Positions 1 to 10,199 of a stretch of 64,000 nt of DNA are shown here, in pieces. The translations under genes were made by a program, and so were the position numbers. A model generated the notes under the pieces. That model saw only the letters and a program-made list of their open reading frames with translations, was not told the origin of the DNA and made no database searches. The stretch's first letter is position 1. Every line of letters starts with the position of its first letter. The stretch comes from a virus: IMG/VR virus record IMGVR_UViG_3300020205_002848, positions 14,561 through 78,560 of that record. One strand, written 5' to 3'.

Positions 1-35
1 CCTATATTTTGAGCCATTTATTTATTTTTAATTTT

Positions 36-1055
36 TTAACTTATTACCACATTTAATGGAGAATTTTGTAAAGTATTACTTATCCAAACTTCATAATCAC
101 TCCCAGTAAATAAAAATTGATTTATAAAAGCGAAATTTGTTTTCACTCTCGTAAAAGCACTACTCCCTAAATTATTAACAGTGAATATAGGAGTGTAAGA
201 ACCAGACATATTACTAGGCCAAGCAAATATTAAATACTGACCCGCTCCATTCATACTATTATATGTTTTATTTTTAGTTATAGACAATTCATTACCATAA
301 GCATTACCATTGGCAACAGCCCCTGTTAAATTTTTAATTAAAGTTGATGTAACTAAAGACGAAACGGTAGAAGCAGATCCAGGATTCGTTGTTAAATTAG
401 GATTACCAATTGATGTTAAATCCATTTTCCCCCAAAATATTCTATTTTTCCAAGTAATGCTTGCTGTTTTTGAAATTGTTGATGTACCGTCACTAATTGA
501 CATAGTATAAGACTGAATAGTACCTGGATTAGATGATGGATTAGAAGAACTATGTGTAGATGTAACAAGTTGAGTTCCACTTAATGGACTCAAAGGTTTA
601 ACAACACTATTAACAGTAATAGATGTTAGTGGACTAGTATTAACAGTAGCCGACCAACTTAAATTAAATGAATAACCACTTGTATCACCATATTCTTTTG
701 CAAAAGTAGGACTTAAAGAACCACCTGGAGCAACATATGGATATAACATTCTATCTAAAACATCTTGAACCGTACCTGAAAAAGTAGATCCAGATGAAAT
801 ACCACCAACTGCAATTGTAGACGGAGCGGTTCTAATATAATCAACAGAAGAAGTCCCAATATTTGAAACGCTGGCACTAATTTGTCCAATTTTTTCCCAT
901 AAAGTATAAACAGAATCTCTAACGTCACTAGCGTCAATTAACCCAGAAGAGTTATTTGGAAGTTGTATTAAAATTTCATCCAAAGTAGAGTACTCTCTAC
1001 TCTCCGTTATGGTAGAATATGAACCACCAACTGAATAAGTACTTACTATAGCCAT
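36..1055 (-). CDS. putative virion structural protein (Ser/Thr-rich, beta-rich)
   Basis: 339-aa ORF, S/T/G-rich, preceded by TAATATATA late-type motif at 1076-1084. Confidence 0.5.
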   Translation of the reverse strand: MAIVSTYSVGGSYSTITESREYSTLDEILIQLPNNSSGLIDASDVRDSVYTLWEKIGQISASVSNIGTSSVDYIRTAPSTIAVGGISSGSTFSGTVQDVLDRMLYPYVAPGGSLSPTFAKEYGDTSGYSFNLSWSATVNTSPLTSITVNSVVKPLSPLSGTQLVTSTHSSSNPSSNPGTIQSYTMSISDGTSTISKTASITWKNRIFWGKMDLTSIGNPNLTTNPGSASTVSSLVTSTLIKNLTGAVANGNAYGNELSITKNKTYNSMNGAGQYLIFAWPSNMSGSYTPIFTVNNLGSSAFTRVKTNFAFINQFLFTGSDYEVWISNTLQNSPLNVVIS

Positions 1056-1133
1056 TTAATAATTTACTTTTGATGTATATATTAAAAGTGGAAGGTCAAA
1101 ATATATAAAATTAGTATCATGATGTTTCATGTT

Positions 1134-1844
1134 TTAAGAAATCCAGATAAAATAATCGTTTTTCTCACCTTCAAATGACCAATCTTCTCCTAAACAAGTA
1201 GAAATTAATTTTTTAACAACATTATCTGTTAAAATATCCATTAATTTTATTGAAAATTTTTCCTCGTCAATTAAATCAGACAAACTGATACTTATATCAT
1301 CAGTTAAGTCTATTTTTTTCTTTTTAGACTCTTCATAAAAATGATCTAAAATATTATTAACAATTATATCATAATCTTCTTTAGAATAAACAATAACTTC
1401 CCAGTCATCATTTTGCCAATCATTTAATTTAAATTTATGCTTATCAGAATCAAGAACATCTAAACCACCTAGATTAATATCAAAATAATCAGCTAAAATT
1501 TTCTCCATTTTAATATCTGATTTTTCAATACCTTTATAAAGACATTCTTTTAAAGAAGAAATTTTAAAATCATTTGATTCAAAATATTTAAAAGATTCAA
1601 ATGTAATAACACCATCACTTTCCATATTATATCTATCTTCAATAAGGTCTTTTAAAATTGTTTCAGACCCTTTAATATCTTTTAACTTATTTCTTTCTAG
1701 AAATTTATTAAATTTATCACCACCCGGTTTCAAATAATTTCTTAAACTTGAAGGTCTTATTTTATGAGTATCAATATAATGATCAAGTAAACTATTTATC
1801 AAGTCAGAATATTTATTTACATCTTCTCTATTATTAATTGACAT
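1134..1844 (-). CDS. hypothetical protein
   Basis: 236-aa ORF overlapping upstream gene; internal ITFESFKYFES copy of the capsid-targeting-like motif. Confidence 0.7.
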   Translation of the reverse strand: MSINNREDVNKYSDLINSLLDHYIDTHKIRPSSLRNYLKPGGDKFNKFLERNKLKDIKGSETILKDLIEDRYNMESDGVITFESFKYFESNDFKISSLKECLYKGIEKSDIKMEKILADYFDINLGGLDVLDSDKHKFKLNDWQNDDWEVIVYSKEDYDIIVNNILDHFYEESKKKKIDLTDDISISLSDLIDEEKFSIKLMDILTDNVVKKLISTCLGEDWSFEGEKNDYFIWIS

Positions 1845-2142
1845 CTTTATTTCTTATATTATATAGATCAAGAAATTTATCTTTATCTTTTTGTCTCTCT
1901 TCTTCTAAATCTTCTTTTTCATCATCATCTAATCTTTCACCAATAGTGTCATAATATTCATCCTCAGATAATTCTTCCAATTCTCGAGAATTACAAAATT
2001 TACAATCATCTTCAGTTGAATTAACTGATTTATAAAGGGCATTACACCCGTCACAATGGTAATAACTCGTCAAAACATCCTGACTAGTTGTTGGTAAAGT
2101 TTGACTAAAATCAAACATCTCATATGCTTTTATATACTTCAT
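1834..2142 (-). CDS. small zinc-ribbon protein with N-terminal capsid-targeting-like peptide
   Basis: MKYIKAYEMF; CDGC...CKFC; TAATATATA at 2149-2157. Confidence 0.7.
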   Translation of the reverse strand: MKYIKAYEMFDFSQTLPTTSQDVLTSYYHCDGCNALYKSVNSTEDDCKFCNSRELEELSEDEYYDTIGERLDDDEKEDLEEERQKDKDKFLDLYNIRNKDVN

Positions 2143-2206
2143 ACAAATTATATATTAAATATAATTTTTCATTTTTTTATAATTTATAAATCAAAGATTA
2201 ATAGAT

Positions 2207-2215
2207 TAATATATA
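2207..2215 (+). promoter_or_regulatory. putative phage late promoter TAATATATA (representative of at least 17 perfect copies)
   Basis: Perfect copies 4-30 nt before start codons: + strand at 2207, 4333, 17123, 19727, 35361, 40683, 45985, 57179, 60747; - strand at 1076, 2149, 8618, 10720, 15959, 19276, 26592, 59821. Analogous to T4 TATAAATA. Confidence 0.8.
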
Positions 2216-2219
2216 GACT

Positions 2220-3122
2220 ATGAATTTATCACAACTAAAAGATTTTTATAATAAAAAGCCGGTAGAATTTGTTATCAAAGAGCATTATAACTTAATTGAA
2301 GACAATGAATTCATTCCTAGATTCTCATTAAAGAATGTTAAAGACATATCAAACATTCCTATTAACAAACCTATTAAATATTCTGATGATATTATGGCAA
2401 AAGCTATAAAATACGGAATGATGTTTTTAATAAATTATAAAGGAGAAGAAGATAAACACTTCGCTGGTCACGAAAGAGTAATCTATCCAATGGTTTTGGG
2501 TAGATCATCAAAAGGTAAAACTCTTTTAAGAGGATGGCACTTGAATGGTTGGTCGGTTTCTCAAAAAAGACATGTTAATAAAATTTGGAGATTATTTAGA
2601 ACCGATAGAATTCTTTCTATGACATTCACTGGATCATTTTATAGATTACCCCCTTCAGGTTATAAAATGGACGATAAAGGAATGAGAGGTGGTATAGTAG
2701 CTAAAGCAGATTTTAGTGAAATTAGAAGAAATCAACAAAATTTAGTTAACCAAAATAAGATACAAAATAGAGAAGAAGTCACAATGGGTGATGAAGAAAG
2801 GAAATTTATATCTATTAGAGCTAAAGATACTAAGACTCAACTGGATTTAACAAAAGCGATGGAAAATTCATATATTAATAATCTAAAAGATACAGAAGCT
2901 TTAAGACTTTCTTTTTTAAAGAGTATTTATGGTAATAAATATATCGCAATATTAGGAGCTTTGGGTCAACCGGGTAATACTGTTAAAGTATTTACTGAAC
3001 AAGGGTCTCAAATAGGAGTTTTTAAGGTATTAGACTCTATAACAGGTCAAGTATTAAAAAGTATTAAGAATGTTAAAGGCAACACTTTATATGATTTATA
3101 TCTTTTTGATAAAAAGGTATAA
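2220..3122 (+). CDS. WYL-like domain protein
   Basis: ERVIYPMVLG...LRGWHL...WRLFRTDRILSM resembles the WYL domain signature. Confidence 0.6.
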   Translation: MNLSQLKDFYNKKPVEFVIKEHYNLIEDNEFIPRFSLKNVKDISNIPINKPIKYSDDIMAKAIKYGMMFLINYKGEEDKHFAGHERVIYPMVLGRSSKGKTLLRGWHLNGWSVSQKRHVNKIWRLFRTDRILSMTFTGSFYRLPPSGYKMDDKGMRGGIVAKADFSEIRRNQQNLVNQNKIQNREEVTMGDEERKFISIRAKDTKTQLDLTKAMENSYINNLKDTEALRLSFLKSIYGNKYIAILGALGQPGNTVKVFTEQGSQIGVFKVLDSITGQVLKSIKNVKGNTLYDLYLFDKKV

Positions 3123-3180
3123 TATTTATACACTAAATCGATATAAATATTTTTATATATACTGAAAAATATATTTTTTT

Positions 3181-4335
3181 ATGCTTTATAAATTTAAATC
3201 TTTCTTAAAAGAAGAATTGAGAATCAGTGAAATGGATGGGTCTTCTTTATCTACATTAAAAGTAAATTTAATGGATAGATTAGTTGAATATAGAACCTAT
3301 ATTCTATCATCTATTATATACAACTTTGATACAAATAAAATAGAATATAAAGATTTAGACTCTATTGACACTAAAGTTATTATCAGAGAATTATCAAATG
3401 AATTCACTGAAGAAGTGGTTCAAGAAATAAATATAGAATCATTTCTTAGAAAACTAAATCAAATATTAGAACTTAGAAAAAGAAATACAAAAAGAAAAAT
3501 CAGAGAATCTTTTGACGATTATTTTAAATCATTAAATGATAGAATAGAACAAATTCATCAATCTGATACAAAAGATAACCTTGATGAATTTGAAGGAGAA
3601 GAATCTCTTTTGGATAGAAAAAAATATGAATCTGAGAAGTTTAAACTACAAGTTGAATTAGCAAAACTTCAAGAATGGGTTATTAAAAATAATAAAAAAG
3701 TAGCTATTGTCTTTGAAGGTAGAGATGCTGCTGGAAAAGGTTCTACAATCAAAAGATTTATTGAATATTTAAACCCAAAAGTCTACAGAGTTGTTGCTTT
3801 AGGTGTCCCAACAGAAGAAGAGAAAGAAAACTGGTTCGAAAGATATGAACAACACCTACCTAATGATGGAGAAATAGTATTTTTTGACCGTTCTTGGTAC
3901 AATCGAGCGGTTGTCGAGCCGGCAATGGGTTATTGTACTGAAGAACAGTATGGCGAATTTATGAACAAAGTAGTTAAATGGGAAGAAAAACTAATAAAAG
4001 ATAAGGATATAACTTTAATTAAATTTTGGTTCTCTATAACACAAGATAAACAAATTAAAAGATTCGAATTAAGACAAGCATCCCCATTAAAATATTGGAA
4101 ATTCTCACCAAATGACGCAAAAGTACTTGATAAATGGGAAATAATTGGAAACTTTAAAAGACAAATGTTTACACAAACATCATCAAGAAAATCACCATGG
4201 GTTATTATTAATTCAAATGATAAAAAAATAGGTAGACTTAACGCAATAAGATATGTTCTTTCTAAAATAAACTATGAAGATAAGGACCCTGAAATGTGTA
4301 AGTATTACCCAGAGGTTGTTAATATTTTAATTTAA
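3181..4335 (+). CDS. ppk2: polyphosphate kinase 2 with about 140-aa N-terminal extension
   Basis: FEGRDAAGKGSTI Walker A, FFDRSWYNRA, KFWFSI, LKYWKFSPND. Confidence 0.95.
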   Translation: MLYKFKSFLKEELRISEMDGSSLSTLKVNLMDRLVEYRTYILSSIIYNFDTNKIEYKDLDSIDTKVIIRELSNEFTEEVVQEINIESFLRKLNQILELRKRNTKRKIRESFDDYFKSLNDRIEQIHQSDTKDNLDEFEGEESLLDRKKYESEKFKLQVELAKLQEWVIKNNKKVAIVFEGRDAAGKGSTIKRFIEYLNPKVYRVVALGVPTEEEKENWFERYEQHLPNDGEIVFFDRSWYNRAVVEPAMGYCTEEQYGEFMNKVVKWEEKLIKDKDITLIKFWFSITQDKQIKRFELRQASPLKYWKFSPNDAKVLDKWEIIGNFKRQMFTQTSSRKSPWVIINSNDKKIGRLNAIRYVLSKINYEDKDPEMCKYYPEVVNILI

Positions 4336-4361
4336 TATATAATAAAAAATAAATAAAAAAG

Positions 4362-4982
4362 ATGAGTAATTTACAATCATTTTCATCATTTAATGAAGAG
4401 AAAAAAGATAAATGGATTAAAGACGCTATTAAAAAACCTGGATCTTTAAGAAAATCCTTAAATAAAAAAGAAGGTGAGAAAATCACTAAAGGGGAAATAG
4501 ATTCTGAATTACAAGCTCTTAGAGGAAAAGATAAAGACCCTAAGAAAAAAGGAGTTCAAGGTCTTTCTAAAAACGATTTAGCTAAATATAGAAAATTAAA
4601 TTTAGCCAAAACTCTTAAAAGTTTAAAAGAACACGTAGAAATACAAAATTATATGTTTTTCGGAAATCTTCAAACAATGAAAAGACTAATCGATAAGATG
4701 TTAGAGATGGATGAATCAAAACTTGATGAAATATTAAAAGAACATAACTGGGCTTTAGACCATATCGCAACTTCTAAGGATGATGTTGAAGAAGTTTTTA
4801 ATTTTTTAGCTAGCAGTGATGAATCCGGTTATGAATCAGATAATGATGATATACATTTACAACACCGTAACATGAGTTCTGATGATAATTCACAAGAAAG
4901 TGAAGAAGAAATGAATAATCAAATGGTTAAGCCAGAAGACGATGAGACTAAAAACATTAAAGGTTTTTCAGATTTTAAATAG
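4362..4982 (+). CDS. hypothetical putative internal head protein
   Basis: MSNLQSFSSFNEE N-terminus, C-terminal IKGFSDFK, late motif upstream. Confidence 0.65.
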   Translation: MSNLQSFSSFNEEKKDKWIKDAIKKPGSLRKSLNKKEGEKITKGEIDSELQALRGKDKDPKKKGVQGLSKNDLAKYRKLNLAKTLKSLKEHVEIQNYMFFGNLQTMKRLIDKMLEMDESKLDEILKEHNWALDHIATSKDDVEEVFNFLASSDESGYESDNDDIHLQHRNMSSDDNSQESEEEMNNQMVKPEDDETKNIKGFSDFK

Positions 4983-5000
4983 TAAAAAATAAATAATTAT

Positions 5001-5594
5001 ATGTATAGTAAAGAACAAATAGAAACAGCTTTGAAATCCAAAGGATATGTCTGGTTCGAGGATTTATCTAATAAAGGATTTGATGTAAATATAGTTGGTG
5101 TTAGAAATTCTTCCACTGGAGATAAAGTAACAAATGTATTTGATGATTACTTAACAGTATCATATAAAGAAAATGGTGAATGGAAATTTCATTCTTGGTC
5201 AGCAACAACCGATCCTGGTACTAAGGGAATTTTAGAAACTACCAATAAGAGTGGAATCGCAAGACTAGTTGAAGGTCAATATAGAGGGTCACATACAATT
5301 AGATTACACCAAGGTAAATATGAAGCTTTAGGACAAGCTAAAAAAGTTAAAGTTTATCGCGATGCTAATCGTGATATGAAATATGATGAATCTAAAATTG
5401 AGGAGGGTGTGTTTGGAATAAATATACACCACGCAGGCGCTGACTCAACGTATGTTAACGATTGGTCAATGGGTTGTCAGGTATTCAAAAAGACTAAAGA
5501 TTTTGAAGAGTTTATGAAAATTTGTCGCAAATCAAGAGACATACATGGTAATTCATTTACATATACACTAATTGAAAGTTCGGATATAAAGTAG
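5001..5594 (+). CDS. L,D-transpeptidase/YkuD-like cell wall enzyme
   Basis: GINIHHAG...WSMGCQV His/Cys motif, TTDPG. Confidence 0.6.
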   Translation: MYSKEQIETALKSKGYVWFEDLSNKGFDVNIVGVRNSSTGDKVTNVFDDYLTVSYKENGEWKFHSWSATTDPGTKGILETTNKSGIARLVEGQYRGSHTIRLHQGKYEALGQAKKVKVYRDANRDMKYDESKIEEGVFGINIHHAGADSTYVNDWSMGCQVFKKTKDFEEFMKICRKSRDIHGNSFTYTLIESSDIK

Positions 5595-6271
5595 TGATTG
5601 ATTTTATTAAAAACTTCCCAGAAACCTCTGGTATATACAAAATAGTATCACCGACTGGTAGAATATATATAGGAGAGGCTAAAAATCTAAAAATAAGATG
5701 TTCTTATTACCTAAATCCGAATAGAATTAAAGGACAAAGGGCGATATATAACTCAATTGTTAAATATTCACCGGAAGCTCATTCGATTGATATTTTAGAA
5801 TTTTGCGAAATAGAATTATTATTAGAAAGAGAGAGATATTATCAAGAGTTATATGATAGTGTTGAAAATGGATTAAATTGTTTTTTTACTTCAACTAAAA
5901 ATAAAAAGATGGTCTGGTCAGAAGAAACCAAACGTAAAATGTCGGAAAACCAAAAGGGTGAAAATAACTCATTTTTTGGTAGAAAACATTCAAAAGAATC
6001 AATAGATAAAATTTCAAAAAGATCATCCGGTGAAAATAATCCAAACTATGGTGGTAAGTTTAAGACCAATGAGTGGATAAAAAAACAAAGTATATCGAAT
6101 AGTAAGGTGTTTATTAAAATCATTGATACTATTACCGGTGAAGAATATCTGTTCATAAATTCAAAGGAGGCGGCTACCTTCTTTGGTTGTTCATCAAGTT
6201 CAATAAGAGAAAATAAAAAAAATAATTGGAAATTAAAAGGCCGTTATACAATAGAAGATATCGCCAAATAA
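5594..6271 (+). CDS. GIY-YIG homing endonuclease with NUMOD3-type repeats
   Basis: SGIYKI...IYIGEA; SEETKRKMSE, NSFFGRKHSKES. Confidence 0.9.
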   Translation: MIDFIKNFPETSGIYKIVSPTGRIYIGEAKNLKIRCSYYLNPNRIKGQRAIYNSIVKYSPEAHSIDILEFCEIELLLERERYYQELYDSVENGLNCFFTSTKNKKMVWSEETKRKMSENQKGENNSFFGRKHSKESIDKISKRSSGENNPNYGGKFKTNEWIKKQSISNSKVFIKIIDTITGEEYLFINSKEAATFFGCSSSSIRENKKNNWKLKGRYTIEDIAK

Positions 6272-6275
6272 AATT

Positions 6276-6305
6276 AAACCTCTTAAAATACTAAGAGGTT
6301 TTTTT
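6276..6305 (+). terminator. intrinsic terminator
   Basis: AAACCTCTTA/TAAGAGGTTT hairpin followed by T-run. Confidence 0.8.
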
Positions 6306-6311
6306 ATGCTC

Positions 6312-6338
6312 TAAACAAATCAGAAATTATTAATAAAA
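6312..6338 (+). promoter_or_regulatory. putative phage middle promoter (T/A)AAAC-N15-17-ATA(A/T)A (representative)
   Basis: Similar elements at 10737, 26623, 51355, 58797, 59828 (+) and upstream of 50418, the tRNAs and (looser) primase (-). Confidence 0.5.
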
Positions 6339-6343
6339 GTAAT

Positions 6344-6604
6344 ATGGAAAGCGCTACTCCCTATATTAAATATCTAATATCCGACATGGTTTTAGTAAAT
6401 GATTGGATAGAAAAATTTGGAATAGGGGGAGATGATGAAATTATTAAAAGTTCTGAAAAAATAGCATCTGAAATAAATTCTATTTTGAATAGAATGGAAG
6501 AAATGGGAATTGAGATAGGTGAAATCCATAATGAGTCATATAATGTTGATAAACATATTAGAGATTTCAAGATAAAAAGAATATTAAACAATGAAGGAAA
6601 TTGA
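6344..6604 (+). CDS. hypothetical protein with C-terminal RDxKIxxIL motif
   Basis: HIRDFKIKRIL. Confidence 0.65.
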   Translation: MESATPYIKYLISDMVLVNDWIEKFGIGGDDEIIKSSEKIASEINSILNRMEEMGIEIGEIHNESYNVDKHIRDFKIKRILNNEGN

Positions 6605-7013
6605 TGAATTCTTAGAGTTTCTTATGGATCACAAAGAAGATGACAGACTATTATTTAGTAAAAAAATGAAATATGGTCATAGATATTACCATATAAACTT
6701 CATGGTCGATGACCAGCCAGATTCTAAAAGTTCAAATAACATGAGCTTTAGATATAGAGATACATTGGAAATAATATTTGATAACAGAAACCAATGTATT
6801 GAAATTATAGGGAGTGATGAGCCATCTTCATTAATAATAGAAGATGTTGAATTATTAAAGAAATGGTGTGATAAGTTAGAAGTTTTTATAAATGATAAGT
6901 TAGATAGTAGAGTAATGTCAATTTTTGAAAATACGTTAAATAACTGTTATAATAAAAATCTACATAGAGAATATCAAATGAAAAAAATACTACCAGAAGA
7001 TGAATCTTTATAA
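6591..7013 (+). CDS. hypothetical protein
   Basis: coupled ORF; C-terminal HREYQMKKIL variant motif. Confidence 0.7.
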   Translation: MKEIDEFLEFLMDHKEDDRLLFSKKMKYGHRYYHINFMVDDQPDSKSSNNMSFRYRDTLEIIFDNRNQCIEIIGSDEPSSLIIEDVELLKKWCDKLEVFINDKLDSRVMSIFENTLNNCYNKNLHREYQMKKILPEDESL

Positions 7014-7494
7014 TCAAGAAGAAGTAGATAGAATTAATAAAGCAAAAGAAACCAATGATAAATTAGAGGATTTTTTTGGAGATAAAAGAAATGATTGGAA
7101 TAAAAATGTTGAGCCACTTTTTAAAGTACTAGCAACAGATTTAAGTAACCCATCTAATTCTAAAGGATTATTAGAGGCACAATCTATCGCTCTTTCATTT
7201 AGACAACAGATTAATGAACAAGTTAACTTTTTTTTAAATAAAAGAAGTAAAGAGACCGCTAAACTTAAAAAATTAAGACAAGATAAGTTTGTTTTTTATG
7301 CAACTGGATTTGGAGTTAAAACAAATTTAGGTGAAAAGGGTATCTTAATCGATGGTCACTTAGCTGAGAATGATAGAAGTATTGAACTAATCGAAAGTTA
7401 TATAGAATTTCTCAGAGATACTGTTAGAAATCTTGAAAGCTTTGGATTCTCAATTAAGAATATGATTGAACTAATGAATTACTTAGGTAGATAA
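7000..7494 (+). CDS. uvsY: UvsY-like recombination mediator
   Basis: helical 164 aa; C-terminal YIEFLRDTVRNLESFGFSIKNMIE resembles the UvsY C-terminus. Confidence 0.55.
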   Translation: MNLYNQEEVDRINKAKETNDKLEDFFGDKRNDWNKNVEPLFKVLATDLSNPSNSKGLLEAQSIALSFRQQINEQVNFFLNKRSKETAKLKKLRQDKFVFYATGFGVKTNLGEKGILIDGHLAENDRSIELIESYIEFLRDTVRNLESFGFSIKNMIELMNYLGR

Positions 7495-7503
7495 AATAAT
7501 CTA

Positions 7504-8610
7504 TTAATCTTTCGTTACCTTCTTATTCCATTTAGTCTCAATTCCCATTGATTTTAGTTCTTGGTGACCAATTGAACACCCATCACATAAATTCCCATCA
7601 TCAATTATCATACCATGGCAATCATCACATCTATCTTTACTCCCGTAAACTGAGTGTAGTTGCCAAGATTTTTTATCCGGTAAATTTGACAGAATATCTT
7701 TAGATTTTCTTAAAAAACAAAGTGTATCAACAAATGGATATTTTCTAAAATCACCTTTTACCTCTACCTTTATTTCACCTGAAACTTCTTTACCCTTATA
7801 AACAAATAGAACATTGGTATCAAGGTGGCTATTCATTTTCTTTTTATACATCCAATTATTTGAATCAGCAAATTCTCTAAATCTATTAATATCAGAATCC
7901 CTATTAGAATAAACTCTATCCATAAAATATTGTGACTCACAAGGAGAAGTTTTTAACTTCCAAACAAGAGCCCTCCCATGTATCTTATCATCAGAATCAA
8001 CGTAAATTAACAATTTAACACTATCATTTTCAGAATATAATTTAAATGTAGAATTTCCTTCTTCTTTCATACAAGACCCACCCAAAGAACCATTTCTAGT
8101 ATAATAATTATCCTCTTTATAATATTTAGATATATCAGATCCACTTACCAATTTAAACTCAATACTATTTTCTGTATTTGATGACTTCCAAAGATTTACA
8201 AATGATTCTAAGTCGGAATCAGGTAAACTCATATTTCTTAGTTTGTAAAGATATTTTACAATTCTTCCAATTTTTATTTCACCTCTACCCGGCATCGAAT
8301 ATGGAAATTCAGGATGTTCATCCTCATCATAATCAGCAGCTAACACCTTATGATTATTTATAAATGATACCTTATCTTCTTCTGATGTAATATCAAAATA
8401 GTTTTGCTTAACATCACCACTGTTGAACCATTGCTCACTTTCAATTATATTTAATATTTGTTCAGCAATTGCACCAGATCTACCACCCTTTTTAAATATA
8501 TCCTTTAATTTGAATATAAAATCAGTAGTCCCATATAAATGGTCTTCTAATAATGAAAACATTTCAAACTTTAATTTCTCTAATAAAAAACCATCATATT
8601 TCTTTAACAT
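7504..8610 (-). CDS. conserved phage protein (GSCM/GRALVW/MDRVY/YPFVDT family), paralog of 60776..62296
   Basis: shared motifs with the 60776 ORF; MLKKYDGFLLE N-terminus; C-terminal CxxC pair. Confidence 0.75.
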   Translation of the reverse strand: MLKKYDGFLLEKLKFEMFSLLEDHLYGTTDFIFKLKDIFKKGGRSGAIAEQILNIIESEQWFNSGDVKQNYFDITSEEDKVSFINNHKVLAADYDEDEHPEFPYSMPGRGEIKIGRIVKYLYKLRNMSLPDSDLESFVNLWKSSNTENSIEFKLVSGSDISKYYKEDNYYTRNGSLGGSCMKEEGNSTFKLYSENDSVKLLIYVDSDDKIHGRALVWKLKTSPCESQYFMDRVYSNRDSDINRFREFADSNNWMYKKKMNSHLDTNVLFVYKGKEVSGEIKVEVKGDFRKYPFVDTLCFLRKSKDILSNLPDKKSWQLHSVYGSKDRCDDCHGMIIDDGNLCDGCSIGHQELKSMGIETKWNKKVTKD

Positions 8611-8636
8611 ATAAGTATATATATTATTTTTTTATT

Positions 8637-9008
8637 ATGAAATATCCTAAATTTAAATTAAACACCGATTGGACATACGAAACAGATTTTCTTGGAACCA
8701 AAACAACGAAAATTCTTTATATAAAAGACCATATTTTTGAAGCTAATGATGATGGTAAGTATGAAGTTATCAATCCAACTGGGGAAATATCCTTTTTAAC
8801 CGATATTAGAAATATTAAAATAAATAATGAGTTTATATTTGATGAAGTATTAGAGGTTAAAGAATTTGAAATCCTTATTGAGGAATTACCAGATGATGAT
8901 GATACACTGGTTCAAAGTTGGAGAATTCAATTAGATGTCAAGACAACCAAAAGTAAACTTAAAGAAGTTCAGAGAATTATCGAAGAACATGTGAGACCTA
9001 TTTTATAG
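8637..9008 (+). CDS. hypothetical protein
   Basis: ORF; start moved to ATG 8637 to avoid overlap with the divergent gene. Confidence 0.6.
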   Translation: MKYPKFKLNTDWTYETDFLGTKTTKILYIKDHIFEANDDGKYEVINPTGEISFLTDIRNIKINNEFIFDEVLEVKEFEILIEELPDDDDTLVQSWRIQLDVKTTKSKLKEVQRIIEEHVRPIL

Positions 9009-9009
9009 G

Positions 9010-9381
9010 TTATTTCTTCTTATTCTTTTTTGCCTTTGCTGCCTTAGCTTTAGTCCATAAATCGGCATCTGCTTTTCTAGCACCACCGGCACCGGTGATA
9101 AATGAGTTTACTCTACCAGTTGCCCAAGCTTGTTGTGGAGTCCCTGGACGATGTCCACCGTTCCAGGCCGCTGAGCCGCGCTTATAAACTTTTTTAAGAA
9201 TTCCAACTGAAATTCCACTTTGTTTTGATTTCTTCTTTATCATCTTACCAGATTTTGAATTTGGATTATCAATAGATCCAGCAGTCGCTTTTTCTAATAA
9301 TAGTATATCCTCCACCAAGTAAAAATATTTTTCATAATCCAATTCATCCGAAAAGGATTCAAAAGTTAATAATTTTTCCAA
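9010..9381 (-). CDS. DUF5824-like protein (C-terminal half)
   Basis: ILKKVYKRGSAAWNGGHRPGTPQQAWATGRVNSF; TTG start. Confidence 0.65.
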   Translation of the reverse strand: MEKLLTFESFSDELDYEKYFYLVEDILLLEKATAGSIDNPNSKSGKMIKKKSKQSGISVGILKKVYKRGSAAWNGGHRPGTPQQAWATGRVNSFITGAGGARKADADLWTKAKAAKAKKNKKK

Positions 9382-9389
9382 AATCTTTT

Positions 9390-9833
9390 TTACATTTTAT
9401 TTTCACTATCTAAACCAATAGCATAATTCAATTCATCAAGAATAACATCTGTGGGTATTTCATCATCATCTTCATTATAAAACTTTCCTTCAGTTCCATA
9501 CTCAGAGTAACTAACTAATGGAGTTCCTTCTTCAACTATCTCATTATATAATGAAATGATATCGTCTGAATTAGCTTCACCTGAATCTTCGAGACCAAGT
9601 TCAATTCTTACACCACTATATTGAGTTGGTATATGAATTTTACCTTCATTAAACATTTGTTTATTTTTTCCAATAGAGTCAACTATTTGTTTAACTTTAT
9701 CTAAACTAAAGTCTAATTCAATAGCAATCTGTTCAATTCCTAGACCTTCTTCTAGCAATTCTTTAACATCTTCGATATCAGCGTGTGTGAAGTCTTCAAA
9801 TGTATATGTCTCAAATGTTTTTAAGTATCTCAT
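9390..9833 (-). CDS. hypothetical putative internal head protein, HTH-like segment
   Basis: MRYLKTFETY; LGIEQIAIELDFSLDKV. Confidence 0.65.
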   Translation of the reverse strand: MRYLKTFETYTFEDFTHADIEDVKELLEEGLGIEQIAIELDFSLDKVKQIVDSIGKNKQMFNEGKIHIPTQYSGVRIELGLEDSGEANSDDIISLYNEIVEEGTPLVSYSEYGTEGKFYNEDDDEIPTDVILDELNYAIGLDSENKM

Positions 9834-9875
9834 AGTTTATATATTTACTTTTTAATTTAAAAATTCTTTTTTATT

Positions 9876-10190
9876 TTATAATCTAGAATTACTATCATAG
9901 AAGGTATGTAAATCTGATAAAAATTCACTAGGACCTACTATTTCTTCCCCATCAATTTCAATTCCAAATGTTTCTAATGATTCTTTATCATCAAGATTAT
10001 TTAACAGGAATTTTTCTCGACCATCACTATATTGTTCAATAATGATATATAAATCCTCACCTTTTATATCTATATGGATATTACCATATTCAATAACACC
10101 TTTTGAATGAGCACCTACAAAAACAATTGGAGATTCTTGGTATTTACTATTTTCTTTTAACAAATTGTTAAATTTTCTAATATGTTTCAT
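9876..10190 (-). CDS. hypothetical putative internal head protein
   Basis: MKHIRKFNNLLKE. Confidence 0.65.
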   Translation of the reverse strand: MKHIRKFNNLLKENSKYQESPIVFVGAHSKGVIEYGNIHIDIKGEDLYIIIEQYSDGREKFLLNNLDDKESLETFGIEIDGEEIVGPSEFLSDLHTFYDSNSRL

Positions 10191-10199
10191 ATTTACTTC

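Noticed and set aside
5594-6271. GIY-YIG gene as part of a group I intron
   Set aside because: The upstream gene appears complete and a terminator follows; the gene is free-standing
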